A stretch of DNA of 64,000 nucleotides, from IMG/VR virus record IMGVR_UViG_3300020472_001862, positions 106,237-170,236 of that record, one strand, 5' to 3'. Every line of letters starts with the position of its first letter. Position 1 is the first letter of the stretch. The notes below the pieces were generated by a model. It did not search any database. It was not told the origin of the DNA and saw only the letters and a program-made list of their open reading frames with translations. The position numbers were made by a program, and so were the translations under genes. This DNA comes from a virus. Of the stretch, positions 37,603 to 47,808 are shown piece after piece.

Positions 37603-39171
37603 ATGAACCACGGTATTATAATGGGTGGTGTGGTTGACTATTATTATGATTCAATCAAACGAGCACCCGGCGCACATAAAATTGCTACACATCTAAGACG
37701 AGAAGGATGGGACGTCGAGGTATTAGATTTTGTTCAATCCTGGACAATAGAAGAACTGCAAGAATTCACAAGACAAAGAGTACATTCAGGGACAAAGTTC
37801 CTCGGCCTTAGCGCTACATTTTCTATTAGATTTAAAACATTATATGAATTCGCCAGATGGTTTAAGAAAGAATACCCAGACATTCTAATCATAGGAGGAT
37901 CTCAGGCATTCCATAATTGTGAGGGACTGCCCTTAGACTATATGGTACATGGCTATGGTGAGTTGGCTATGAGTGCTATTCTTAGCGGAGATGTTAGGTA
38001 TCAGACACATAAATGGCTTAATGGACACAAATTTAGGCGCGTAGACGCCACACATGACTATATGGCAGCGCGTATGAAAGACCTAAGTACACATTACGAG
38101 GAAAGGGACTATATAGAGCCACAGGAGGTCCTTACAGTAGAGTTTGGGCGTGGTTGTATATTTAACTGCCACTTTTGTACCCTCACTTATAGGAACATTA
38201 AGGACGATCACAGCAGGGCTGAGGACAACTTATATCAGGAAATGCTAGAGAACTATAACAAATGGGGCACAACAAACTACTCTATATCTGATGAAACAGT
38301 TAATGATTACACAGAAAAGATAGAAAGATTTGCCGGTGCTATCAGAAAATTGCCTTTTAAACCTAATTGTGCAGGTTATATTCGTGGAGACTTATTAGTA
38401 CATAAACAAAAAGATTGGCAAGCAATCGAGGATATAGGCTTAAATACACAATTCTATGGTATAGAATCTTTCCATACACCTTCAGCAAAATCTGTAGGTA
38501 AAGGTATGCAGTCAGGTAAACTACAAGATGGTTTATTAGAATATAAAGACCATATGAGGAGTAAAGGACACTTCCAGGCACATTTAAGTCTAATAGCAGG
38601 ACTACCACATGAAACATTAGACACATTAAGAACAACTAAAAAATGGATAGTGGATAATTGGGTAGGACAATCAGCACAAATTATGCCTTTGTGGATTCCA
38701 GATCAAACTAGAATATATGAAGAACAAAGTAGATTTGCAATGGACCCAGGCAGATACGGCTATACAAAAACAACAATGGAAGAGTCTAGTAATGGATTCT
38801 GGGAAGACGCACCTCATAAAAGATTTGGAAATTTGTATAGGGGTATAAAAAAGAGAGAAGAAGAGGAAACAGGTGTAGTATATAACACAGAAGAGAGTAC
38901 ATTCCAGGAAGAAATGTCTTTTATGAACTGGAAAAATGATAATACTAATCTATATCAAGTGTTAAATTACTTAGAACATGAGTGGTATGTTGGTGATGAA
39001 CAGTTATGGAAAGAACCGCCTTTACCCTTCTCATATCATAATTGGCTAATAGACCCTAATTATAAATGGGAAGATATGTCTAAACCTAAGTCAGAATTAG
39101 CTGTTCCTCAGGAATTAGCTAGAAACTTTATAGAAAATTATAAAAGGAAAAAGTTAGGATTAACTTCCTGA
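37603..39171 (+). CDS. Cobalamin-binding radical SAM enzyme, paralog 2
   Basis: GAHKIATHLR..EVLD, DYMVHGYGE, GRGCIFNCHFC, SDET, GIES, IAGLPHET. Confidence 0.85.
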   Translation: MNHGIIMGGVVDYYYDSIKRAPGAHKIATHLRREGWDVEVLDFVQSWTIEELQEFTRQRVHSGTKFLGLSATFSIRFKTLYEFARWFKKEYPDILIIGGSQAFHNCEGLPLDYMVHGYGELAMSAILSGDVRYQTHKWLNGHKFRRVDATHDYMAARMKDLSTHYEERDYIEPQEVLTVEFGRGCIFNCHFCTLTYRNIKDDHSRAEDNLYQEMLENYNKWGTTNYSISDETVNDYTEKIERFAGAIRKLPFKPNCAGYIRGDLLVHKQKDWQAIEDIGLNTQFYGIESFHTPSAKSVGKGMQSGKLQDGLLEYKDHMRSKGHFQAHLSLIAGLPHETLDTLRTTKKWIVDNWVGQSAQIMPLWIPDQTRIYEEQSRFAMDPGRYGYTKTTMEESSNGFWEDAPHKRFGNLYRGIKKREEEETGVVYNTEESTFQEEMSFMNWKNDNTNLYQVLNYLEHEWYVGDEQLWKEPPLPFSYHNWLIDPNYKWEDMSKPKSELAVPQELARNFIENYKRKKLGLTS

Positions 39172-39209
39172 TTTGTATAAATACCGGTATAAACTTAAAG
39201 AAGTGTAAT

Positions 39210-40976
39210 ATGGCATACGATAAGAAAAGACTAGACACTCTAATTAGGCAAGGCATGATGCCCGCCAAATCATTACCTATTTTACATAGGGCTTTAGATA
39301 AACTAAAGAAGGGAGTTAACTTAACACCATATGAAAGAGAAGGGATTTCTAAGTTAATGGATAAAGTAATGGGTTTCCAATTTGGAGATGATATTACTTA
39401 TAACAGAGCTAGATTACACACTCAAAGAACAAGATATCAAACCGAGGAGATAGGACCAGTGGATAAAGGAAAAGAAGGCGATGTTATCGTCTATGATGGC
39501 TCTAAAGATGAAGCCGAATCAAAGAAGGATAAAAAAGTCAAGAAGAATGCACAGTCTAAACTTCTCAAAACTAATAAAGGAGATGGTATGAAACCTGAAG
39601 AAGAAATAAAAGAGGCTTCAGCTAGTAGACCCGCAGATAAAGATATTGGGGATAAAGAATCTCCTAAACAAGGGTCTTCTGTTAAGCCAGAAATTACGGA
39701 TGGACCTAAACAAGATTCTAAACCTTCAATTAAAGAAGGCTTAATATCAGATTTAGATTCAGAAGGAATGAGAGCCAGAGCGAGTAGGCTAGGAAAGAAA
39801 AAAGGTAAAGTTTCTAAAGAGAAATTAGCCAAAGAACTTCCAGCAGCTCTTAGAAAAGAAAAACAAAAAGCAGGATTGTCAGAAGACATGGTTAAGTTCA
39901 ATGAACTTTACAAAGAAAATCTAGAAAGAGCATTAGCTAATAACAATGTAGATAATGTTAGAGATATTCCTCTTAAAATTAAATCTGCTCTATTCAAACA
40001 TGTTGAAGAAGCAACATACTCAGACAAACAAATTAAAATGGCTAAGGGTATTGCTTTTGATAAGCGACATAAAGGTGGCGACATGACAGGCGCTTATAAG
40101 AAAATGGAAAAGATCAAGAAAGGTTTAGGAGATACTCCTCAAGCAAGTAAGGCGCTTCAACGGGCTAATGAAGAATTAGAACAGCCGTTAGAAGAAGGTT
40201 CACTTAAAGACTTTGCAATGGGACATGGCTATTTTGATAACAGCAGTGAGGGTAAAGCAAAAAGGAAAGATCCTCAATGGTTATCTAAACAAGCAGGAAG
40301 TAAGAAAACTATTTCTTATGATAAAAAGAAACCTGCAGTTAAAGAATCTAAAATGGCAACTAAAGACCATGATGGAGACGGCAAAATAGAAACAGGCTCA
40401 GCAGAGTATCTAGGTTCTAAAGACAAAGCTATTAAGAAAGCTCTTAAGAAAGTACCTGCTCTCAAGAAAGAAGAAGTAGAAGAAACAGAAGTTAAGAAAA
40501 CTCCTAACCAAGCAGTTAGAGATGTTCATAGAACTGTAGCTGATGTACTTGCCGGTAAAACAATAGAAGTTTCAGATGAACCTTTAGTCATAGATCCTAA
40601 TGTAGAATCTCAAGCAGAACTAGATAGAACAGTTAATAATGTTCAAGAAGGTGCTAGAGAAGACGCTCTGAGGGATATTAGTAGAGATAAGGACTTAGCT
40701 AAGCCTAAGAAACCAGCACCTAAACCAGGTAAGTCAAAGCATGACGGTTCAGAGAATAAAGGCCCAGACCATATAGTAGCTCAATTAAGAAAAGCTGTTA
40801 GTTTAGGCGACAAACATGATGGTGTTAAATTCCAAGATGGAAAAACACATAAAGTCAGTGCAGCACATGCTCATAAATTTTTAAATAAATATATGGCAGG
40901 TAAGCCAGCAGACAAAGAGAAAATGCAGTCTCATGGACATGCATCTCACGATAACTTTAAAAAACACATAGATTAA
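39210..40976 (+). CDS. Large Lys/Glu-rich modular internal head protein
   Basis: TATAAATA upstream; DHDGDGKIE...EY.GSKD.AIKKA module; His-rich C-terminus. Confidence 0.7.
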   Translation: MAYDKKRLDTLIRQGMMPAKSLPILHRALDKLKKGVNLTPYEREGISKLMDKVMGFQFGDDITYNRARLHTQRTRYQTEEIGPVDKGKEGDVIVYDGSKDEAESKKDKKVKKNAQSKLLKTNKGDGMKPEEEIKEASASRPADKDIGDKESPKQGSSVKPEITDGPKQDSKPSIKEGLISDLDSEGMRARASRLGKKKGKVSKEKLAKELPAALRKEKQKAGLSEDMVKFNELYKENLERALANNNVDNVRDIPLKIKSALFKHVEEATYSDKQIKMAKGIAFDKRHKGGDMTGAYKKMEKIKKGLGDTPQASKALQRANEELEQPLEEGSLKDFAMGHGYFDNSSEGKAKRKDPQWLSKQAGSKKTISYDKKKPAVKESKMATKDHDGDGKIETGSAEYLGSKDKAIKKALKKVPALKKEEVEETEVKKTPNQAVRDVHRTVADVLAGKTIEVSDEPLVIDPNVESQAELDRTVNNVQEGAREDALRDISRDKDLAKPKKPAPKPGKSKHDGSENKGPDHIVAQLRKAVSLGDKHDGVKFQDGKTHKVSAAHAHKFLNKYMAGKPADKEKMQSHGHASHDNFKKHID

Positions 40977-40988
40977 TAGGAGAAAAAT

Positions 40989-41573
40989 ATGTCAAATTGG
41001 GGAGCAACTGACGCGGACGAAAGTAAGCCTAAGTATCTTACAGCCGCTCAGAAAAAAGAAGTATATGCTAACGCCAGTGGATGGGTTGTAGAAGCAGGTT
41101 CTACTATGACAGGAAATGGCCGTACAGGCGCTGATCCAGAAGTACTAGTAGCCATGTCTTCTCTACAAACTAACCTAGGTGCAGCAGATATTACAGAAAT
41201 TGAATGGATTACAACAGCAGCAGATAAGTCAGCAGGCTTTACACTTTCAGCTAGAGTAAGATTCAATGAAGAAGTAGATGTAACAGGAACACCACAATTA
41301 TCAGTAACCAACGGTAACGAAGGTACTGGTTCAGGTCGTGGCCCACATGTACTTTCATACGCTAGTGGTACTGGTTCAAACGAACTTGTATTCTCACTAG
41401 TTATAGCAGCAGCAAACGCAGCTACTAATGCAGACGATGTATTAAGCATTGGTACCAACCCACTTGCTTTAAACTCAGGCACAATTAAAGATAAAGGAAC
41501 TTCACAAGTTTCTACTATCACAAGTGCAGCAGGTATTGGTACAGCAGCTGGTACATTAACAGTCGTAGCATAA
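40989..41573 (+). CDS. Virion structural protein (Ig-like/beta-rich)
   Basis: MSNWG...GWV...EVLVA, V.FNE.V.VTGTP, Y.SGTGSN.LVF. Confidence 0.65.
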   Translation: MSNWGATDADESKPKYLTAAQKKEVYANASGWVVEAGSTMTGNGRTGADPEVLVAMSSLQTNLGAADITEIEWITTAADKSAGFTLSARVRFNEEVDVTGTPQLSVTNGNEGTGSGRGPHVLSYASGTGSNELVFSLVIAAANAATNADDVLSIGTNPLALNSGTIKDKGTSQVSTITSAAGIGTAAGTLTVVA

Positions 41574-41583
41574 GGAATAAGTA

Positions 41584-42030
41584 ATGGCAGATAGTAAACT
41601 TTCAGAGTTAACGGCAGCTACAACAGCTGCTGCAACAGACACAGCATATTTGGTTCAGAGTTCAGTCTCTAAACAAATAACCGTAGCAAATTTGTTCGGG
41701 AATGTATCTACTCCTGTACAGTTTACTAACTCCATTCAAATTGGAGATCATAATACAATAACAGCAGCAGGTGCTATTAGCACAGACTATAATGTTACAT
41801 ATATTAATGATCCATCGGGCGGTGGTACTTGTTCTATAGGAGCAGGATTAGACGGCCAAATAATTATTATAATCATGTCTTCCAATAGTGGAGGCCACAC
41901 AATCCAAGTATCAGGAGCTAATGTGGCACAAACAATAAGTTTAGATGCAGCTGGCGAAAGTGCCACTATGTTATATGATACTGGACTTAGTAAGTGGTTC
42001 TTCATTGGAGGAAGTGCAACAGTGACTTAA
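41584..42030 (+). CDS. Virion structural/fiber-like protein
   Basis: MADSKLSELTAAT N-terminus; beta-rich. Confidence 0.6.
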   Translation: MADSKLSELTAATTAAATDTAYLVQSSVSKQITVANLFGNVSTPVQFTNSIQIGDHNTITAAGAISTDYNVTYINDPSGGGTCSIGAGLDGQIIIIIMSSNSGGHTIQVSGANVAQTISLDAAGESATMLYDTGLSKWFFIGGSATVT

Positions 42031-42033
42031 ACT

Positions 42034-42420
42034 ATGATTGAACTTAATGATGATAACTTTTTGATCTTTGCTATAAAAAATTACCAAAATCCTTCATGTA
42101 CAGGGATGGCGGAATTAGAAGATGATTTAAAGAGATTTAAATATTTAAAACGCTTGTTAAATAGATATGAAAAGACAGGCGAGCCAAATGAAAGGCTTAT
42201 TATAAATCACTTAATACTTCTATATAATGTTTTTGGTAAGGGAACGACAGAGATGTTGTTCTATAAATTAGAAGAAAAATATTGGTCTAATTTAAAAACT
42301 TACCTGGTGTTCTTAAATAGAATGCCATTAGAAGAAGTAAGTACACAAGGATTAAAATTAAATAAAGGTGTTCATACGCCACTAAATAATGAACTTATAA
42401 CTATATTAAGGAAAATTTAA
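42034..42420 (+). CDS. Conserved T4-like hypothetical protein
   Basis: FAIKNY.NP.C...DL.RFKY.KRL...ERLIINH...YNVFG. Confidence 0.75.
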   Translation: MIELNDDNFLIFAIKNYQNPSCTGMAELEDDLKRFKYLKRLLNRYEKTGEPNERLIINHLILLYNVFGKGTTEMLFYKLEEKYWSNLKTYLVFLNRMPLEEVSTQGLKLNKGVHTPLNNELITILRKI

Positions 42421-42941
42421 TGAGTAGAGCGTTAGATGCAGTCGTAGGAATTAGGTTACTTAAATTACTAAGTACACCTATTCAAAAGTCTAAAGCATTC
42501 CAATTAGGAATTATAGACGCCGACGGCAAAAAACTCAAGAACCCTTCTACTACAGCAGAAAGAAATGCTTATACATTACTTAATAGATTTGTATTTAAAG
42601 TTCAAAAATCCTTAACAAGATCTTCTGATATGAATGCTCGTAGGCTGTTATCATTTGCAGCTGCTATGGCATTATTAAGAGAATATGAAGAAACAGATGA
42701 TGAATTAGATGTGGCAGTTCTTTTAGAGTTACACATGGAAGACGAAACGGTACAGCAGCAGGCTAGACTTTTGGAATCTAATGTGTTATCATTAAAAAAC
42801 TATATGGAAGAAATGAACGGAGTAGCTGGAGGAGCAGTAGCTGGTATAGGTGTTGGTCCTCAAGGAGAACCAGGAAGAGATCCTGTGTTTATGCCAATGA
42901 ACAGAAGAAAAAAGAAGAAGAAGAATGCCAACAGCAAGTAA
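42420..42941 (+). CDS. Conserved T4-like hypothetical protein
   Basis: AF.LGIID.DGK...AYT...R.VF. Confidence 0.7.
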   Translation: MSRALDAVVGIRLLKLLSTPIQKSKAFQLGIIDADGKKLKNPSTTAERNAYTLLNRFVFKVQKSLTRSSDMNARRLLSFAAAMALLREYEETDDELDVAVLLELHMEDETVQQQARLLESNVLSLKNYMEEMNGVAGGAVAGIGVGPQGEPGRDPVFMPMNRRKKKKKNANSK

Positions 42942-43401
42942 ATATGACAGAGAAATAGCAACAATTAAAGCTGATGTTGCTGCCATAGGGCATTTATTCG
43001 GAAAGCTAGATGATGCTATAGAAAAAATTGGTAATGCAAGCGCTAATATTAGTGCTATCCTAGCCGTTCACGAGGAACGATTAGAAACTAACGAGAAGAT
43101 TAACTTGGAAAGAAGAAGAGAATCAGAGGCAGCAGTAAAGGAGCTACATAGCAGAATATCTACTTCTACCCGAGAAAACCTGGAGCAACACAATCGCATG
43201 TCAGAAAATTTAAAAAATTCAGAAGATAAAATTTTAGCAGCTATTAATGAATTGCGTAAAGATGTGAACAGAGAACAGGAACACTTAGAGGAAAGGATAT
43301 CTAAGTTGGAACAATGGAGATGGATACTTATAGGGGTATTAATTGCCATTTCAGCAGTAGTACCAAATATGGGCAAAATCGTGTCCATGCTAGCAAATTA
43401 A
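42925..43401 (+). CDS. Coiled-coil protein with C-terminal TM helix
   Basis: LAVHEER..., RI..LEQWRW then a hydrophobic tail. Confidence 0.65.
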   Translation: MPTASKYDREIATIKADVAAIGHLFGKLDDAIEKIGNASANISAILAVHEERLETNEKINLERRRESEAAVKELHSRISTSTRENLEQHNRMSENLKNSEDKILAAINELRKDVNREQEHLEERISKLEQWRWILIGVLIAISAVVPNMGKIVSMLAN

Positions 43402-43426
43402 TTTTACCAAACGGTACATAAACTAC

Positions 43427-43455
43427 TTGATATATACTTAACAAGGTCGTATAAT
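43427..43455 (+). promoter_or_regulatory. Primase promoter (leaderless geometry)
   Basis: TTGATA-N17-TATAAT, ATG 7 nt downstream. Confidence 0.6.
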
Positions 43456-43462
43456 TACGACT

Positions 43463-44491
43463 ATGTTACACATTGATTTGAAATATATCATGATGGTTTC
43501 CCATCGGTTTGATAGATTCAAACGGAAGGATGATTACTTATTTAATTTCCGTTGCCCTATCTGTGGCGACAGTAGTACTAAAAAGTCTAAGGCTCGAGGA
43601 TACCTATATAAAAAGAAGAACGACATGTTCTATAAATGCCACAACTGTGGTGCAGGTAAGACTTTTGGTGGATTATTAGAAGGTACTGATCCTATGCTAC
43701 ATAAACAATATGTGCTTGAAAGATATAAAGCAGGTGTAACTGCTCCTCGAGCCAACACAGAACCAGACTTCTCAGGTATGTTCTCACAACCTGAGTTTGG
43801 TAGGGAATCTTTAATAGACCAGCTTATGGATAGAGTTGATAAAATATATGAACAATGTGAACTAAGTGATTCTAATCATATAGCTGTGGACTATTGTAAG
43901 AAAAGAAAAATCCCTAGAGAGAAATGGGATAGACTATATCATATAGAAGACATCTCAAAGATACATCAGTTAGCTCCTAAATATAAAGATAGGATTACAA
44001 CAAACGAGCCTCGTCTTGCTATCCCATTCTTCTCTCGAACTGGTAAATTAACAGGCCTTACATTAAGGGACTATGGTAATAATCCTTTAAGATATATTAT
44101 GGTAAAAATAAATGAAGAATCTCCTACAATTTTCGGCCTAGATTGTATAAGTAATGATACACCAGTTAAAATAGTAGAAGGACCGTTGGACAGTTTATTT
44201 TTAGATAACTGTATAGCAGCAGCAGGTTCTTCATTTAACAAAATACAAGATTTAGGTTTAGATAATCCAATAATTATTGTGGATAATGAGCCTAGAAACA
44301 AAGCGATTTGTAAGATCTTACACAACAAAATTAAAGAAGGCCACCGAGTAGTTATATGGCCGGATTCTGTTACAGAAAAGGATATTAATGACATGGTAAT
44401 AGGAAATCTAGATGTTGAAGAAATTATAAATTATAATACATTCCAAAATTTAGAGGCAGAATTAAAGTTTAGAACCTGGAGAAAATGTTGA
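43463..44491 (+). CDS. gp61: DNA primase gp61
   Basis: CPICGDS...CHNCG zinc finger, VEGPLDS, DNEPRN, KDINDM. Confidence 0.95.
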   Translation: MLHIDLKYIMMVSHRFDRFKRKDDYLFNFRCPICGDSSTKKSKARGYLYKKKNDMFYKCHNCGAGKTFGGLLEGTDPMLHKQYVLERYKAGVTAPRANTEPDFSGMFSQPEFGRESLIDQLMDRVDKIYEQCELSDSNHIAVDYCKKRKIPREKWDRLYHIEDISKIHQLAPKYKDRITTNEPRLAIPFFSRTGKLTGLTLRDYGNNPLRYIMVKINEESPTIFGLDCISNDTPVKIVEGPLDSLFLDNCIAAAGSSFNKIQDLGLDNPIIIVDNEPRNKAICKILHNKIKEGHRVVIWPDSVTEKDINDMVIGNLDVEEIINYNTFQNLEAELKFRTWRKC

Positions 44492-44643
44492 TGAGTCTAG
44501 ATAACCCAACTAACGAAAGAGATATGCACTTAAGAAATATTAGAGACTTGCAGGAACAACTCCAAACAGCATTTAAGAGAATAAGCGCCTTAAATTACGA
44601 AAATAATCAGTTAAAAGAACAGTTAAATAAAAAGGACAAGTAA
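44491..44643 (+). CDS. 50-aa coiled-coil hypothetical protein
   Basis: Stop/start coupling at both ends; QEQLQTAFKRI. Confidence 0.55.
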   Translation: MSLDNPTNERDMHLRNIRDLQEQLQTAFKRISALNYENNQLKEQLNKKDK

Positions 44644-46439
44644 TGGCAAAGGCGGAGTATCACGGTATTACGGTTGATTTGGACAGAGATAAATTATTTG
44701 ATTCTCTCGGCATTCAAAGATTAAAAGAAAGTTACATGAAAGAAGAGGAGGGAAGTCCTCAAGAAAGATTCGCTTTTGTTAGTTCTAAATTCAGTTCTAA
44801 TCCAGAACACGCACAAAGACTATATGAGTATAGCAGTAAGCACTGGCTATCATATTCAACACCTATTTTATCTTTTGGAAGGTCCAAAAGAGGCATGCCT
44901 ATATCATGCTTTCTAAATTATATAGATGACACAGCGGAGGGTTTAGTTGAAAACTTATCAGAAACAAACTGGCTTAGCATGCTTGGCGGTGGTGTCGGCA
45001 TTGGGTTTGGTATTAGGTCAAGCGACGATAAGTCTACTGGGGTTATGCCTCATCTTAAGACTTACGATGCCTCGTGCCTCGCGTACCGTCAAGGGCGCAC
45101 TAGACGGGGTAGCTATGCTACTTACCTTGATATTAGTCATCCAGATGTTCTAATGTTCCTCGAAATGAGGAAGCCAACAGGCGATCCTAATATGAGATGC
45201 CTCAATCTACATCACGGCATAAACATTACAGATAATTTTATGCAAGTTATTGAAAGATGTATGACAGATCCAGATGCAGATGATGGCTGGAACTTAGTAG
45301 ATCCTAACTCAGGGCTAATTAAGGATACAGTATCAGCTAAAGAACTATGGCAAAAGATACTAGAATTAAGAATGGAAACAGGAGAACCTTATATTCATTA
45401 TATCGATACAAGTAATCGAGAAATGAAACAATTCCAAAAGGATTTAGGATTAAGAATTAATCAGAGTAATTTGTGCTCTGAAATTATATTGCCCACTAAC
45501 GAACAACGAACAGCGGTGTGTTGTCTATCATCAGTTAATCTAGAATATTACGACGCTTGGAGTAGACAGCCACTATTTTTAAAAGACGTAGCAGAAATGC
45601 TAGATAATGTGCTATCATTCTTTATAGAGAACGCACCTGATGAAGTAGGAAGAGCTAAATACTCAGCAAAGCAAGAACGGAGTATTGGAGTAGGTGCTCT
45701 TGGTTTCCATGCCTACCTTCAGAAGAACAATTTGGCTTGGGAGAGTAATGAAGCCAAAGGTGCTAACCTTAGAATGTTTAGACATATAAGGAGTAAATTA
45801 GATGAGGCAAACTTATCCCTTGGAAAGGATAGAGGAGAAGCTCCAGATGCTAAAGGGACAGGCAACCGTTTTAGTCATCTTATGGCTATCGCTCCTAACG
45901 CTTCCAGTAGTATTATTATGGGTAACACTTCGCCTTCTATTGAGCCTTGGAGAGCTAATGCTTATAGGCAAGACACTCTTAGTGGAGCGTATCTTAACAA
46001 GAATAAATTCTTAGATGCGCTTATTATAGAGTATTGTGAGAAACATCCTAGAACAAATTACGACGAGGTTTGGTCCTCGATTATAAGTAATGATGGTTCA
46101 GTACAACACATTACACAATTAACAGATGAACAAAGACAAGTTTTTAAAACATCTATGGAAATAGATCAACGATGGTTAATTGAACACGCAGCAGACAGAC
46201 AGATGTATGTAGATCAGGCACAAAGTTTAAATCTATTCTTTAGGCCAGATACACATATATCTTATTTGCACGCAGTACATTTCCTAGCATGGAAGTCAGG
46301 TGTTAAGACATTATATTATTGTCGTTCAGAGAAGTTAGGTAAAGCAGACAAAGTTTCTAAACGAATTGAAAGAGAAATTATACAAGAACTTGATATGACG
46401 GCTATTGCAGATGGGGAATGTTTGGCATGCGAGGGATAA
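44643..46439 (+). CDS. nrdA: Class Ia ribonucleotide reductase alpha subunit (short, no ATP cone)
   Basis: PISCF, SNLCSEI, VCCLSS, APNASS, KTLYY, C-terminal CLACEG. Confidence 0.95.
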   Translation: MAKAEYHGITVDLDRDKLFDSLGIQRLKESYMKEEEGSPQERFAFVSSKFSSNPEHAQRLYEYSSKHWLSYSTPILSFGRSKRGMPISCFLNYIDDTAEGLVENLSETNWLSMLGGGVGIGFGIRSSDDKSTGVMPHLKTYDASCLAYRQGRTRRGSYATYLDISHPDVLMFLEMRKPTGDPNMRCLNLHHGINITDNFMQVIERCMTDPDADDGWNLVDPNSGLIKDTVSAKELWQKILELRMETGEPYIHYIDTSNREMKQFQKDLGLRINQSNLCSEIILPTNEQRTAVCCLSSVNLEYYDAWSRQPLFLKDVAEMLDNVLSFFIENAPDEVGRAKYSAKQERSIGVGALGFHAYLQKNNLAWESNEAKGANLRMFRHIRSKLDEANLSLGKDRGEAPDAKGTGNRFSHLMAIAPNASSSIIMGNTSPSIEPWRANAYRQDTLSGAYLNKNKFLDALIIEYCEKHPRTNYDEVWSSIISNDGSVQHITQLTDEQRQVFKTSMEIDQRWLIEHAADRQMYVDQAQSLNLFFRPDTHISYLHAVHFLAWKSGVKTLYYCRSEKLGKADKVSKRIEREIIQELDMTAIADGECLACEG

Positions 46440-47140
46440 GAAATTGGGGGCCCGATAGGATTAAGTATTCAGACGCTCCTAATAAAGTAGCGAATGATAG
46501 AAATCATATAGATATACTTGAGCAACCTATATATAATACAATGGACGATCAGAATGGTATCCATTTTAGCCCTCACGAAATAGATTATACAGAATGGAAG
46601 GAAAGTATAGCAATATTTGGAGACTCTACAAGTTACGGACAATACCTTAACACAGGAGACTCTTTACATGAAATATTATCTTTCGATAGGCCTGTAAATA
46701 ATTTTGCCTATCCTGCTGAAGGTAATGGACATATATTTAAAAAGTTTACAAATGTTGTAACAAAATATGGTTTGCCTTGGGGTGTAATAGTAGGTTACTC
46801 CAGCCCATGGCGAATAGCACATACAAGAGAGGATGATAATATAGTTGAGTCTATTGGGCATTGGTCTAAGGAATATACTAAAGATCAAGCAGGAGCTATC
46901 CAATTTTTGTCTGAATGTAGGAAAACAATATTAGGACAAACTTACGATATTAAAAGTGCTATGAGAATTATGTGTAAGGATATTAAATATTTTGAATGGA
47001 CAGCTTTTATAAAGAATAAATTTTTTGATGATGTATATCAACTTAGGTGGAAGGATCATGCCTCAGACGGAGTACATCCAGGACCAGAGACAATGAGATA
47101 TTTGGCAAGAAAGATTGAAAAAGAGTGGAGAGATGTATAA
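46418..47140 (+). CDS. SGNH-like hypothetical protein
   Basis: FGDSTSYG...DGVHPG. Confidence 0.6.
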   Translation: MFGMRGIRNWGPDRIKYSDAPNKVANDRNHIDILEQPIYNTMDDQNGIHFSPHEIDYTEWKESIAIFGDSTSYGQYLNTGDSLHEILSFDRPVNNFAYPAEGNGHIFKKFTNVVTKYGLPWGVIVGYSSPWRIAHTREDDNIVESIGHWSKEYTKDQAGAIQFLSECRKTILGQTYDIKSAMRIMCKDIKYFEWTAFIKNKFFDDVYQLRWKDHASDGVHPGPETMRYLARKIEKEWRDV

Positions 47141-47798
47141 TATAGATGGAGCAGGAGTTCCTAAAGGTGTAATAGGTGTTGTAGTATCAGGAGGCTTTGA
47201 TAGCACTGTGCTGTGGCATTATCTGTATGGTATTTGTAAAGAAAGGAATCAAAAGATTATTCCTTTTACTGTACCTAAAAATGATGGAGCATTAACATAC
47301 GCTATTAGAATGTTAGAGTGGAGTGCTAAAAGATATGGTGATAAAACTCTCCACCCTGTTGTAATAAATTCTAAAGGTGTTAACTGGAGTAAAAAAGATT
47401 ATCAAGGTGAAGAGGTAGCAAGGCAATTAATTGATGGTATAAAAGAGATAATGGACTTAGGTCTAGCTGGTTATGTTTACACAGGAGTGAATGAGTATCC
47501 ACCTAATTATGAGACATTATGTTCATATCATGTACCCGGACCTAGAAATTTATCTAGGGATAGTGATTTTATTTACAAAGGCAGACCTGTAAGTGATATT
47601 ATAAGGCAACCTTTTGCAGATTTAACTAAGACAGATTTAATTAACTTTGCAAATGAACTAGGAATATTAGATGAGGTAATGGAAATATCTCATAGTTGCG
47701 TTGAGCTTATAAGAGGCAGGTGTGGGGAATGTTTTTGGTGTAAAGAAAGGGAATGGGGTTTTGCTGAGGCAGGACTAGTAGACAAAGGAACAAACTAA
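47133..47798 (+). CDS. QueC-like PP-loop ATP pyrophosphatase
   Basis: SGGFDS, PF..L.K, SC...CGECFWCKER. Confidence 0.7.
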   Translation: MYNIDGAGVPKGVIGVVVSGGFDSTVLWHYLYGICKERNQKIIPFTVPKNDGALTYAIRMLEWSAKRYGDKTLHPVVINSKGVNWSKKDYQGEEVARQLIDGIKEIMDLGLAGYVYTGVNEYPPNYETLCSYHVPGPRNLSRDSDFIYKGRPVSDIIRQPFADLTKTDLINFANELGILDEVMEISHSCVELIRGRCGECFWCKEREWGFAEAGLVDKGTN

Positions 47799-47808
47799 GA
47801 GGAAAGAC

